Assembly (NCBI GenBank): GCA_964633325.1
Contig: CAZWFS010000001.1
Location: 3,063 to 67,062, forward strand
Reading direction: 5' to 3'
Origin: an uncultured Candidatus Saccharibacteria bacterium
GTDB lineage: Bacteria; Patescibacteriota; Saccharimonadia; Saccharimonadales; CAZWFS01
DNA length: 64,000 nucleotides
Shown here: positions 1 through 9,281 of the stretch, one piece after another
Layout of the letters: the number at the start of each line of letters is the position of its first letter
Numbering within the stretch: the stretch's first letter is position 1
The notes under the pieces: generated by a model
The model's input: the letters and a program-made list of their open reading frames with translations, nothing else
Told to the model about the DNA's origin: nothing
Database searches by the model: none
Translations under genes and position numbers: made by a program

Positions 1-13
1 GCGGTCCATATTC

Positions 14-601
14 GTGCGGATTGCTCGGGAGCTAAACAGCTTGACCGGCGGGCGCATACACCCTAACGCGATCACTGTCACAGCTTTATTAGCCCATATA
101 CCAATCTCATGGCTGATTGCCACTAGGCAATATTTATTGGCTGCTGTGTTATTAGTAATCTTTGGGCTTTTTGACGCACTTGATGGCGCCCTGGCTCGCG
201 TCCAGCAACGCGTCAGCAAGGTAGGTATGCTGCTGGATTCGATCACTGATCGCATGAAGGAGATTATTATTTATATAGGCATCGCCTTGGCCTTGATCAA
301 CGGCGGACAGCCTAACGCTGTCGTATGGGCCGTAGCGGCCTGCGGCGCGTCGCTACTAGTGAGTTACGTTAACGCATGGGGAGAGGCGGTCGTGGCTGGC
401 GATAACCTAAACAAGCACGAGCTAAACAAGTCGTTCCGAAGTGGATTAATGAGTTTTGATATCCGGATAACAGTTATTTTGGTTGGCTTGGCCAGTGGTA
501 AGTTAGTCGAGGCAGTCATTGTCATAGCCGTTTTGGCATGGATAACGGCATTGGAGAGGCTTATTAAGTTAATACGGGCGCTTCAACATGTACAAAGTTG
601 A
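14..601 (+). CDS. CDP-alcohol phosphatidyltransferase family protein (5' end may lie outside the window)
   Basis: DxxDGxxAR...GxxLDxxxD motif (FDALDGALAR...GMLLDSITD); hydrophobic. Confidence 0.9.
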   Translation: MRIARELNSLTGGRIHPNAITVTALLAHIPISWLIATRQYLLAAVLLVIFGLFDALDGALARVQQRVSKVGMLLDSITDRMKEIIIYIGIALALINGGQPNAVVWAVAACGASLLVSYVNAWGEAVVAGDNLNKHELNKSFRSGLMSFDIRITVILVGLASGKLVEAVIVIAVLAWITALERLIKLIRALQHVQS

Positions 602-1244
602 TTTGCATACACACTCTATCGCCTCGCAAGACGGGGGCATTAAACTGGAACAATACCGCCAAGCGCTAAAAGAAAGCGTGCTAGATTGCATTGCCATAAC
701 CGACCATAACCGTATAGATATGGCTAGTGCTATTCATAGTGAACTGGGAGAAAAAATCATCGTCGGCGAAGAAATTATGAGCGAGGCTGGCGAGATTATC
801 GGCCTGTTTCTTACAAAAACAGTGCGGCCCGGCCAGTCCGCACAGGCTACCATGCAAGACATCAAGGACCAGGGAGGCCTGGTTTATGTGCCGCATCCCT
901 TTGAAACAATCCGCCACGGTTTGCACCCTGCAACATTAGACAACCTGAGTGATTGGATTGATTTGATAGAAGTCTGCAATGGGCGGGCTTTTTTACAGCA
1001 GCGCGGTGCCCAAGTGGTGGTGTGGGCACGCTTGAACGGAGTTCCGGGAGTAGCCAGTAGCGATGCGCATGGAATGCGGGGTTTAGGCCGAACGTATGCC
1101 CGAATCGGCGAAATGCCGGACAGTGACAATTTGGTCGAAAATATGCGACGGGCGACTTTAATTACCACCCGCCCTGGTGTCCGGGAATTGTTGTACCCAA
1201 AATATCATCGACTGATAAAGAAAGTCAGGCCAGATAATAACTAA
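588..1244 (+). CDS. PHP-domain phosphoesterase
   Basis: DLHTHS, AITDHN, VPHPF and SDAH motifs. Confidence 0.9.
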   Translation: MYKVDLHTHSIASQDGGIKLEQYRQALKESVLDCIAITDHNRIDMASAIHSELGEKIIVGEEIMSEAGEIIGLFLTKTVRPGQSAQATMQDIKDQGGLVYVPHPFETIRHGLHPATLDNLSDWIDLIEVCNGRAFLQQRGAQVVVWARLNGVPGVASSDAHGMRGLGRTYARIGEMPDSDNLVENMRRATLITTRPGVRELLYPKYHRLIKKVRPDNN

Positions 1245-1801
1245 TGATGGACACCTTTTTCTTTGCCGTGTGGTTCTTTTTACCCGCTGGCATAGCCAAT
1301 ATGACACCGGTTTTAGCCAATAAGGTTCCGCGACTTAATGAGTGGGATACTCCTATGGACTTCGGAAAATCCTTTCGCGGCAAACGTATTTTTGGCGACC
1401 ATAAAAGATGGCGGGGTGTTGTCAGCGGTGTAGTTGTGGCTTCTATAATTGTACTGATTGAATACTCTCTATACCAGCATAGTGCCGGCATCAGGTCTCT
1501 GGTAACGGAACTTGACTACGGTATCCCTGAAGTACTCTGGCTAGGGCCGCTATTGGGCGCCGGCGCATTGTTCGGTGACGCCATAAAAAGTTTCTTCAAA
1601 CGACGGGTCGGAGTAAAGCCCGGTCATTCCTGGTTTCCTTTTGACCAGTCAGATTACATTGTCGGGGGGCTATTAGCTAGCCTTATCATTGTACGGCTGA
1701 ATGTTCTTACCTACTTGTTTATATTTGCTACCTGGTTCGCGCTCCACCTGATAGCCAGCTTCATCGCCTTTCAGCTCGGCCTCAAACTCAAACCAATTTA
1801 A
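1244..1801 (+). CDS. carS: CDP-archaeol synthase (CarS)-like cytidylyltransferase
   Basis: LPAGIAN..P, PMDFGK...GKRIFGDHK, GD..KSFFKRR.G, PFDQSD motifs typical of CarS-like proteins. Confidence 0.8.
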   Translation: MMDTFFFAVWFFLPAGIANMTPVLANKVPRLNEWDTPMDFGKSFRGKRIFGDHKRWRGVVSGVVVASIIVLIEYSLYQHSAGIRSLVTELDYGIPEVLWLGPLLGAGALFGDAIKSFFKRRVGVKPGHSWFPFDQSDYIVGGLLASLIIVRLNVLTYLFIFATWFALHLIASFIAFQLGLKLKPI

Positions 1802-2586
1802 CGGTCTATTGGCAACGGGCTTCGACGTTTAGGGCTAGCCCAACGCAGGTCTTTCTGGGCGCTTACGAACGACTCAACGGCCAATCCTTTTTTCAAAAAT
1901 GCATTATCGAACATTCCGAACATGCTCTCCGTCTGGGACGGCATCACCCTTAGCGCCTCGAATTTTAGACGGGCTATCTCAGGTGAAAAACTTAATACCA
2001 TGTCGCACTTTTCAACCGGGATACGACAAGGCTCCTCAACGTTAAAGTAAAATTTAAATTTCTGATTTATAACGGCAGTAAATCTATCGACTTGGTCGCA
2101 ATTAAAAATCGCATAATATAGCACTGGACTAAATCCCAAATCCTGATTCAGTGCTAAATTAACCCAACGATTCACGGCTATATGATCCCAGTGGCCGGTC
2201 ACGCCATCCGGAGGGAAAGTAATCACCGTATCCGGTTGGTATTGTTTTATGAGGGCCGTGATTTTAGATACCGAAGTCTCGTCTGCAACATCGCAACAGC
2301 AACCATCTTGAAAGCTAAGCCAGTGATGGTGCTTAACTTTTAGTACTTTTAGTGCACTCGTCAGCTCTGTCTCGCGGATATCACCTAAAGTGGCGGCCGG
2401 CCATTTTTGTTCATTTTGTATACCGGCCTCCCCCCTCGTAGCCGTTATGCACACAACTGTCTGGCCATTCTGGGCGGCTACAGCCATCAAGCCAGCCATC
2501 ATGAATGACTCATCGTCCGGATGAGCCCAGATGCCCATAATCGTTCCAAGCGATTTGATGGTTGAGGGTGAGGAGAGCGTTTTCAT
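1798..2586 (-). CDS. PIG-L/LmbE family deacetylase
   Basis: AHPDDE, TRGEAG, GHWDH motifs. Confidence 0.9.
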   Translation of the reverse strand: MKTLSSPSTIKSLGTIMGIWAHPDDESFMMAGLMAVAAQNGQTVVCITATRGEAGIQNEQKWPAATLGDIRETELTSALKVLKVKHHHWLSFQDGCCCDVADETSVSKITALIKQYQPDTVITFPPDGVTGHWDHIAVNRWVNLALNQDLGFSPVLYYAIFNCDQVDRFTAVINQKFKFYFNVEEPCRIPVEKCDMVLSFSPEIARLKFEALRVMPSQTESMFGMFDNAFLKKGLAVESFVSAQKDLRWASPKRRSPLPIDR

Positions 2587-2835
2587 TGGACTACAAGGCG
2601 ATTAATTTATGTGGTCGCACATATTACAGATTAATAATAGCAGTATTGTTAGTAGCTAGGGGTGCTTCCGCTTTCGTCCTGTCCGTACTTCATATATGTA
2701 CTTCTCTGCAACTGGAATAAAACAGGGATGCCCCGTGTCTACTTTACGAGTCTCAATGTATTAGCCGGCTCAAGTCGGTTGCTAATAAGTTTTATGTGAT
2801 CAGGTAAGGGCGCTGCAAAGCCACCAACGCGCTGC

Positions 2836-3873
2836 TCATCCAAGTTCTTTTTTAAACCTTTCTATGATGTCTTTATCCCCGGTCTCAATCGGCTGCGAAC
2901 CATTAAGAAAGGCTAAATATAAACTGACAAAGTCGCCAAGCGCCACAGCCCAGAGCAGCTGCTCCAGCTTGTTGCTTCCTCGAACCTCTACCCTATGTGG
3001 AGATGGCCAACGGCCGCTTAGCAGCTTGTCGCTCAGGTCATAACGCCGGGTTACTCGAGAATGATCGTATGAGGACATAAGGTAGATTATCCCATAAGGT
3101 TTTTCCGTCGGATGAGATGTCCAGCCAGTAAATTCATTATGATTAAATTCTGGAAAAGGATACGTCCAGGCAACATTCTTAGCATTTTCGTTAAAGCTGA
3201 TCTTCCATTTGTGGGCCGCCGGGAAAAGATGGCTACCGGCATAAATGACCGGCGAGCGGCCCATTAGTTCCTGGGCTAACTGCTTAGCTTTATTATTCCG
3301 CGCGGGAACTGTGGGAAGCCAATTTTGCACAGCTTCCTTCAAAAATTCAGCAGCTCCTTGCATCGCTTCGGCCGTACCGGATTGAGCCAGTACCCCGTAG
3401 CGATCCATTAAGCTTATCAGACCCCGGAGACCATATAAGGCACCGTAGCGCGGTTTATCGATCTTAGGCAGCTCGACGAGCGGGTAGCCTTTTGCTATCG
3501 AAATATCCGCTAATTTACCGCCGGATGCCACAACCGCTATACGTGCACCTTTTCTTTCGGCTTGCGATAAGGCCGATATAGTTTCCTCGGTATTACCCGA
3601 ATAGCTTGAAGCTATAAACAGGGTTTTTTTGTTTACGTACGGAGGTATGTCATAATCACGGACGACCTCAAAGGGCAGCGTGTAACCTGGCCAACTGGTA
3701 CTCAGTAAGGCCCATAGGGCTGAACCTCCCATACCGGCATGCACAATATTTTCAAATGATCCAGAGACCTTTGGGAGGCTAAACTCGTGCTGAAGTTGCT
3801 GCCATTGCTTCTCGGCTATACCTAGTGCGTCCTGCGCGTCGCGTTCATGAATATATTTCAGATCGTCAAGCAT
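2836..3873 (-). CDS. bifunctional phosphoglucose/phosphomannose isomerase (SIS domain)
   Basis: GMGGS, SYSGNTEET, NENAK, PEFNHNE; start set at MLDDLK after GGAGG RBS. Confidence 0.88.
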   Translation of the reverse strand: MLDDLKYIHERDAQDALGIAEKQWQQLQHEFSLPKVSGSFENIVHAGMGGSALWALLSTSWPGYTLPFEVVRDYDIPPYVNKKTLFIASSYSGNTEETISALSQAERKGARIAVVASGGKLADISIAKGYPLVELPKIDKPRYGALYGLRGLISLMDRYGVLAQSGTAEAMQGAAEFLKEAVQNWLPTVPARNNKAKQLAQELMGRSPVIYAGSHLFPAAHKWKISFNENAKNVAWTYPFPEFNHNEFTGWTSHPTEKPYGIIYLMSSYDHSRVTRRYDLSDKLLSGRWPSPHRVEVRGSNKLEQLLWAVALGDFVSLYLAFLNGSQPIETGDKDIIERFKKELG

Positions 3874-4175
3874 AAATCCTCCGGTATTAGTAACTATAGA
3901 GTAGTAAATCTTATTTCGAAACACAAAGATAGTTTTAAAGAGCTTGCTAAGGATCTTTCTTTGGATTGTTACTCGTAACCCCGGTGAGATGTAAGAGCCT
4001 TTCAGGTAAAGGAAGTATATTTGAAGAGTACGGAGAGGAGCGATAGCGGTCTGTCCGATCGCCAATGTTACGAGTAGATTGTTAGGAGGCTACAAAGCCG
4101 CTTATGTTATAGTAAATGGGTAAATATTTAACATAATAATCGAAAAAGTCCCTAAGATGGGACCGGGGGGAACAT

Positions 4176-4670
4176 ATGTTTGGGCACGATAACCAGGACG
4201 AACACCAAGACGATCAAGCTCACAACGGTCAGGTAACCGCTCCGACCGATCCGGTCGTTGACGACAACCTTGGGCTGGGAGACGAGAGCCCTAACGACAC
4301 CGGTACCACAGCACCCCCTGTACATACGACTACCGAAGGGTTCATTGTTGATCCGGTCACACCGACGGTAGCACCCACTGCTACTGTGCTATCCTCGGCA
4401 AACGGCGCCGCAGTGACTGATGATTTGCTTACGATCAAGCAGCAGGCCTTGCACCAACTATCTCCATTAGTCGGGCACTTAAACCAAACGCCAGAAGAAA
4501 AGTTCCGAACCCTTATGATGATGATTCAGGCATCTGACGATCAATCGAAACTCAAGGAAGCCTACGAAATAGCCCAACAAATTCCGGACGAAAAAGTCCG
4601 TGCCCAAGCGTTATTGGATGTGGTTAACGAGATCAACTACTTTACTCAACAGCACAAAGACAAGCCATAA
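4176..4670 (+). CDS. hypothetical protein (acidic disordered N-terminus, helical C-terminus)
   Basis: ORF track; GGGGGA RBS upstream. Confidence 0.7.
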   Translation: MFGHDNQDEHQDDQAHNGQVTAPTDPVVDDNLGLGDESPNDTGTTAPPVHTTTEGFIVDPVTPTVAPTATVLSSANGAAVTDDLLTIKQQALHQLSPLVGHLNQTPEEKFRTLMMMIQASDDQSKLKEAYEIAQQIPDEKVRAQALLDVVNEINYFTQQHKDKP

Positions 4671-4760
4671 GCTGTTAGCTAATTTTAATAGAGACGAGTA
4701 GAGGGATTAAGAACGATAGCGGTCTTCCCGTTATTAGGAAATACGTACTACGCTATACGT

Positions 4761-5135
4761 TTAATATGGGTGCTCATACTGCGGATGCTTGTGCGCAGTT
4801 TCTATCTCTTTGCGCGTGGCGGCCGTCATAACTACATTGGGCATGCTGGCTAACACACTATTTAAGCGTTTTTGCTCTTCCAGCAGACGAGACATGAGCT
4901 GCCTCATGCCCTTTAATTCTTGCTCTAGATTGGCTATCCGACGAGTCTGCTGATCGACCTGGACAAATGATTGGCGCACCCACTGTTGCTGTTGTTGGTA
5001 CTGGCCGTTCATGGTCACGATAATGCGATCCCGGACATTCTGTACCTCGCTTTTGCTGACCATACGTTCAATAATTTTGTTTTTGGCATAGTCCAGCGCG
5101 CTTTGCAGATCTTGACGGGTCATCGATACTTGCAT
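4761..5135 (-). CDS. hypothetical coiled-coil protein
   Basis: GGAGGG RBS; Gln-rich heptad pattern. Confidence 0.65.
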   Translation of the reverse strand: MQVSMTRQDLQSALDYAKNKIIERMVSKSEVQNVRDRIIVTMNGQYQQQQQWVRQSFVQVDQQTRRIANLEQELKGMRQLMSRLLEEQKRLNSVLASMPNVVMTAATRKEIETAHKHPQYEHPY

Positions 5136-5470
5136 AGCTTTTCCCTCCTTTGCTTCCCTTAGGTTGCTGGCTGTTTATTTGGCGTTGTTATCTGTGTTAA
5201 TTGACCTTGTCATTATCTTTTTTGCCGCTTTAGAGGTCAAAACAAAAAAGCTTGACTGTTAATGTAGCCAAGCTTCGGAATACTCATGAAATCGTAGTTT
5301 CACCTACGGTCGGAAAACCAGAAAGCTGTCTTAGGAGTAAGAAGCTTGGTTACCGAAGGTACGAGGCAGAACTTTTCGCCATATAGGTTTATATTCTTGC
5401 CAAATCCCATCGTAAATTTAAGTATATAGCACACCTTCCGCGTAGCGCAAGTAAGAATTCTGTGGGCTCT

Positions 5471-6061
5471 TTAGCTATTAATGTGGTCAGAACGCCGGCT
5501 TAGGTATAGGCGGTGAGCAATCGTTCCCAATATCGTAGTAGCTGCAAAAATAGCTACTACATCGCCAGGGCCGCTATTGGGCGTAGATGTGGTAGTACTA
5601 CTAGTTGGCGGAGGAGTTGTCGGGTTTGGGGTGGCTGGATTTGGAGCCGACGAAGGAGCACTACCCGGAGAGGGTGAGGGGTTTGGGGCTGGTGCTGGTG
5701 AGCTGGGCTGAGGCGCTGGGCTAGGCGGATTTGATGATGGCGGAGCCGGCGACGGGTTAGGTTGAGTAGGATTAGACGAATTACCCTCTTGTTTCTTATC
5801 ATCACCATTAGCTGGCTGATTCTCTTGAGACGTGGCGGTCTCATTCTGACCGGTAGTAGCAGTCTGTCTGTCCCGGTTGGCCAGCTTGTTATATAACCAA
5901 CGCCCGCCAAAGAACAAACCCAACACAACCGCTACCGTAATTAGTAGCGTCACTAAGGCAACCAGCCATGCTACGCCGACACGTTCGCGGCGCTCCGCCT
6001 GGTAATACTCTTGGATTTCCGCAGGAACTTCATCCTTCTTCTTGCGACTAAATAACGCCAT
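5471..6061 (-). CDS. membrane protein with Pro/Ser/Thr-rich linker and LPxTG-like C-terminus
   Basis: N-terminal TM, Pro-rich spacer, TPNSG followed by a hydrophobic stretch and RR. Confidence 0.7.
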   Translation of the reverse strand: MALFSRKKKDEVPAEIQEYYQAERRERVGVAWLVALVTLLITVAVVLGLFFGGRWLYNKLANRDRQTATTGQNETATSQENQPANGDDKKQEGNSSNPTQPNPSPAPPSSNPPSPAPQPSSPAPAPNPSPSPGSAPSSAPNPATPNPTTPPPTSSTTTSTPNSGPGDVVAIFAATTILGTIAHRLYLSRRSDHINS

Positions 6062-6203
6062 ACTCTGCTCCTAAACCACCCTTTAAACATAATCATAGTA
6101 CATAACTCCCCATTTTGCAACCCCTTTATCCACCAGGGACTGAAAGCCGTTAACCTTAGGTTGTTAGGCATGCTGGTTGTTTTGCTTTTCAAAAATTCAA
6201 GTC

Positions 6204-6239
6204 AAAAAGAAGTTCGGATTCACTCCGAACTTCTTTTTT
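6204..6239. terminator. bidirectional-type intrinsic terminator downstream of groEL
   Basis: aaaaagaagttcgga-ttcac-tccgaacttcttttt inverted repeat. Confidence 0.8.
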
Positions 6240-6244
6240 CCTAT

Positions 6245-6317
6245 TGGGAGGTAAGCAGCCAGAGAAAATGTTTCATTTTCCCTGCGCGATGAGAGGAGGA
6301 ATCACCTCCTCTCATGG
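6245..6317. repeat. dispersed double-hairpin repeat, copy 1
   Basis: near-identical to 34280-34354. Confidence 0.85.
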
Positions 6318-6333
6318 GCAAGCGCAGCGTGGC

Positions 6334-7989
6334 CTACATTCCCATCATGCCGCCAGGCATTCCACCGCCGCCGCCCGGGGCTGGGGCTTCCTTTTCGGGT
6401 ACTTCGGCTACCAGGGCGCCCATGGTCATGGCCGTGCCGGCAATCGACGTAGCATTCTGCAAAGTTTCTTTGACAACCCTGACCGGGTCAACAATTCCGT
6501 TAGCTTTGAGGTCAACTAATTTGCTTGGGTCATTGACGTTAACACCCTGTCCGGCCTTTCCGGCCTTAACCTGGGGTAGCCATTCGTCGGCGTTGATGCC
6601 AGCGTTATCCAACAGGATGCGGAAGGGCTGTTCCAGCGCTTTTTTAAGCAGTAATCGGCCGGCTGTCACGGAATCGTCATCGCTGGCAGTCGTGGTGATA
6701 TTGCTTGTCAGGTTGATAAGCGTAACTCCACCGCCAGGTACGATGCCTTCTTCCAGGGCGGCTTTGACGGCCGCTACGGCGTCGTCAACCCGGAATTTCT
6801 TTTCCTCAATCTCGGTCTCTGTTGCGCCACCCACTTTAATGACAGCTACTTTGCCGGAAAGGGCTGCGCGCCGCTTTTCCAGATTCTCTCGGTCATACTC
6901 GCTACTGGCAGCTGCCACTTGGGCATTGATCTGCTTAATACGGGCGTCTACTTCAGTAACCGAACCATCACCTTCGATTATGGTGGTCTCGTCTTTAGTG
7001 ACAATTACCTTGCGGGCCGTACCAACCATATCGAGTTCAGCGTTTTCAAACGTGAAGCCTTGGTCCTCGGTAATTACCGTGGCTCCAGTCAGGATAGCAA
7101 TGTCGGCTAGGATATCCTTGCGGCGGTCCCCAAAGGCAGGCGCTTTTATAGCCACTGTATTGAATACGCCCTTCAGCTTGTTAAGCACCAAGGTGCCAAG
7201 CGCTTCCCCTTCCACGTCTTCTGCGATGATGACCAAATCTTTCTTACCGGCCTGAGCCATTTTCTCCAGCAGCGGCAAAAATTCTTGTATGGAACTGATC
7301 TTCTTATCGGTTATCACAATGGAGGGCTTGTCGTAAACGACTTCCATGCGGGTAGGATCGGTAACCATGTAGGGGCTAACAAAACCGCGGTCAAAGGTAA
7401 AGCCTTCTACTACTTCGCTCTCCAACAGTAAGCCTTGGCCCTCTTCTACCGTCACGACGCCGTCTTTGCCGACTTTGTCGATGACGTCGGCAATCAACGC
7501 GCCAATGGCGCTGTCTCCGGCAGAGATGGTGGCCACTTCAGCCACGCGGTTCTTCTTGCCCTGGATGTCCTCGGCTAGACCGCTAAGCTTGGTGATGACA
7601 TCATGGGCGGCAGCCTCCAGTCCTTTACGCAGGAGCATGGGGTTGTGTCCAGCCGCAATCAGCTTGTTGGCCTCGTTCAGGATGTGATAGGTTAGCACCG
7701 TAACTGTGGTGGTACCGTCTCCTGCGACATCGTTCATCTTGCTAGCTGCTTGTTTGATAAGTTCAGCGCCCACTTTATAGCCTAGAGTCTCGTCGTCGAC
7801 ATCGGCCAGCTCCACACCTTTAGCTACGGTCACGCCGTCATGGGTAACTGTCGGGTTACCGTATGACTTGCTTATAACAACGTTACGGCCTTTGGGACCC
7901 ATAGTCGTCTTTACCGCGTCATACAATACCTTGGCTCCCGCCAGGACACGTCGCCGCGCATCGTCATCGTAAAAAACTTTCTTTGCCAT
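6334..7989 (-). CDS. groEL: chaperonin GroEL
   Basis: AGDGTTT, GPKGRNV, C-terminal GGM repeats. Confidence 0.99.
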   Translation of the reverse strand: MAKKVFYDDDARRRVLAGAKVLYDAVKTTMGPKGRNVVISKSYGNPTVTHDGVTVAKGVELADVDDETLGYKVGAELIKQAASKMNDVAGDGTTTVTVLTYHILNEANKLIAAGHNPMLLRKGLEAAAHDVITKLSGLAEDIQGKKNRVAEVATISAGDSAIGALIADVIDKVGKDGVVTVEEGQGLLLESEVVEGFTFDRGFVSPYMVTDPTRMEVVYDKPSIVITDKKISSIQEFLPLLEKMAQAGKKDLVIIAEDVEGEALGTLVLNKLKGVFNTVAIKAPAFGDRRKDILADIAILTGATVITEDQGFTFENAELDMVGTARKVIVTKDETTIIEGDGSVTEVDARIKQINAQVAAASSEYDRENLEKRRAALSGKVAVIKVGGATETEIEEKKFRVDDAVAAVKAALEEGIVPGGGVTLINLTSNITTTASDDDSVTAGRLLLKKALEQPFRILLDNAGINADEWLPQVKAGKAGQGVNVNDPSKLVDLKANGIVDPVRVVKETLQNATSIAGTAMTMGALVAEVPEKEAPAPGGGGGMPGGMMGM

Positions 7990-8009
7990 AGTTGAATAAA
8001 CCTCCTTGT

Positions 8010-8276
8010 TTACTTGGTAAGTGTGCCGTAAATATTTTCAGCTTTGATAATCATATACTCGACGCCGGCAATCTTGATGTCAGTGCCGGACCAGCTGTAA
8101 ACGATCCGATCGCCAGCCTTGACACCTTCCACCTTTTTGCCCACGGCCAGTACTTTAGCCACTTTGGGTTTTTCCTGCGCTTTATCCGGCAGATACAGAC
8201 CGCTGGCTGTCTTGGATTCAGCCTCCTCCTGCTGGGCGACCACATAGTCTGCAAGCGGTTGAATTGGGACACTCAT
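8010..8276 (-). CDS. groES: co-chaperonin GroES
   Basis: IQPLADYV..., TASGLYLPD; GGAGG RBS before MSVPI. Confidence 0.97.
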   Translation of the reverse strand: MSVPIQPLADYVVAQQEEAESKTASGLYLPDKAQEKPKVAKVLAVGKKVEGVKAGDRIVYSWSGTDIKIAGVEYMIIKAENIYGTLTK

Positions 8277-8316
8277 AGATAGAACTCCTCCTGTTAACAC
8301 TTTTGCCTTGAGTATT

Positions 8317-8343
8317 TTAGCACTTGCATGATGAGAGTGCTAA
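8317..8343. promoter_or_regulatory. CIRCE element (HrcA operator)
   Basis: TTAGCACTt-N9-GAGTGCTAA upstream of groES, next to a TTGACA...TACCAT promoter on the - strand. Confidence 0.93.
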
Positions 8344-8559
8344 TGTAGCCCTATGGTATCGAATTGGGTTCAGTAATGTCAACCCGAGATCTTAAATTAA
8401 GCTTTTTGGTATCTTTGATTGAATTGCGCGGGGCTAATAAAACCAGCGTTATTAATAAAGCCTGCTAACCCGGACGGGTGTTTGCATGCACTAATATAGA
8501 TTACAATTTATATTCAAATGTTTTACATTAGTGAGTATTCATGTTACAGTTAGCGCCTT

Positions 8560-9087
8560 ATGACATCTCCTTCGGAATCATCGACTGAGGCTTTGCGTCC
8601 TGCTTTTGTGGACATGTACCCTGTGCCCGAAGACTGGGTAGCATTGCAGGGTGGTAAGCCACGCATCTTCCGTAATCCACATAAGCCCGACACTCGCTGG
8701 ATAGTACTTCACGTGTATGAAGAACACGGGGATGTGGGGCAGCGGTTTCAGAGTGGCCTTGTTGTAGACACCCTTCCGCCGAGAGGCAAAATCCAGCTTT
8801 TACACAAAGTTATCCAGCGCCATGACGACGAAGGAAGGTTAATAGAAAGAGGCGTTGTAATCCCTTCAATCATGGATCGCTCTGTTCATGGCGATTATTG
8901 CGAAGATCGCAGCTCGCAGTCAAACGGAGGTACCTATAATCGCATAGGGAATCAGCAACGTTACGAAGAATACCTGCAGGAGCTCTCGATGATGGGCATG
9001 GAAGAACTCCGATTCACCTTTAACAGGGATGGTTTTGTACTTCAGGCTTATCCTGAAATTCGACCAGCTAGACCGCTAGGCGATTAG
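8560..9087 (+). CDS. hypothetical protein
   Basis: 175-aa ORF, no recognised motif. Confidence 0.55.
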   Translation: MTSPSESSTEALRPAFVDMYPVPEDWVALQGGKPRIFRNPHKPDTRWIVLHVYEEHGDVGQRFQSGLVVDTLPPRGKIQLLHKVIQRHDDEGRLIERGVVIPSIMDRSVHGDYCEDRSSQSNGGTYNRIGNQQRYEEYLQELSMMGMEELRFTFNRDGFVLQAYPEIRPARPLGD

Positions 9088-9281
9088 CCAGCGGCTTGCC
9101 AGCGCTAAGTTAAGATGTCCAATGCTTTTTGTCTCAAATTGGGTATCTGCCAAACGGCGTAAGGGAACATATTTAGACCCATGATACTTCATGGTTTTAA
9201 GAATTTTGGTTTTATATATTAACACAACTGCCAGCGCTTTTCCGTTCAATCCAAGCCGATTCTCATGCTACAATTCGACAT

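Noticed and set aside
2658-2826. tmRNA-like ends (GGGG...CCACCA), and an AGCGCC reminiscent of the glmS ribozyme near a sugar-phosphate isomerase
   Set aside because: No acceptor-stem pairing, T-loop or Ala-Ala tag; glmS core motifs missing
3874-4065. N-terminal extension of the pgi/pmi ORF (likewise 37100-37297 and 20845-21003)
   Set aside because: Better starts with an RBS or -10 box lie downstream
6314-7255. 313-aa + strand ORF and many similar overlapping ORFs
   Set aside because: Antisense shadows of groEL and other well-supported genes
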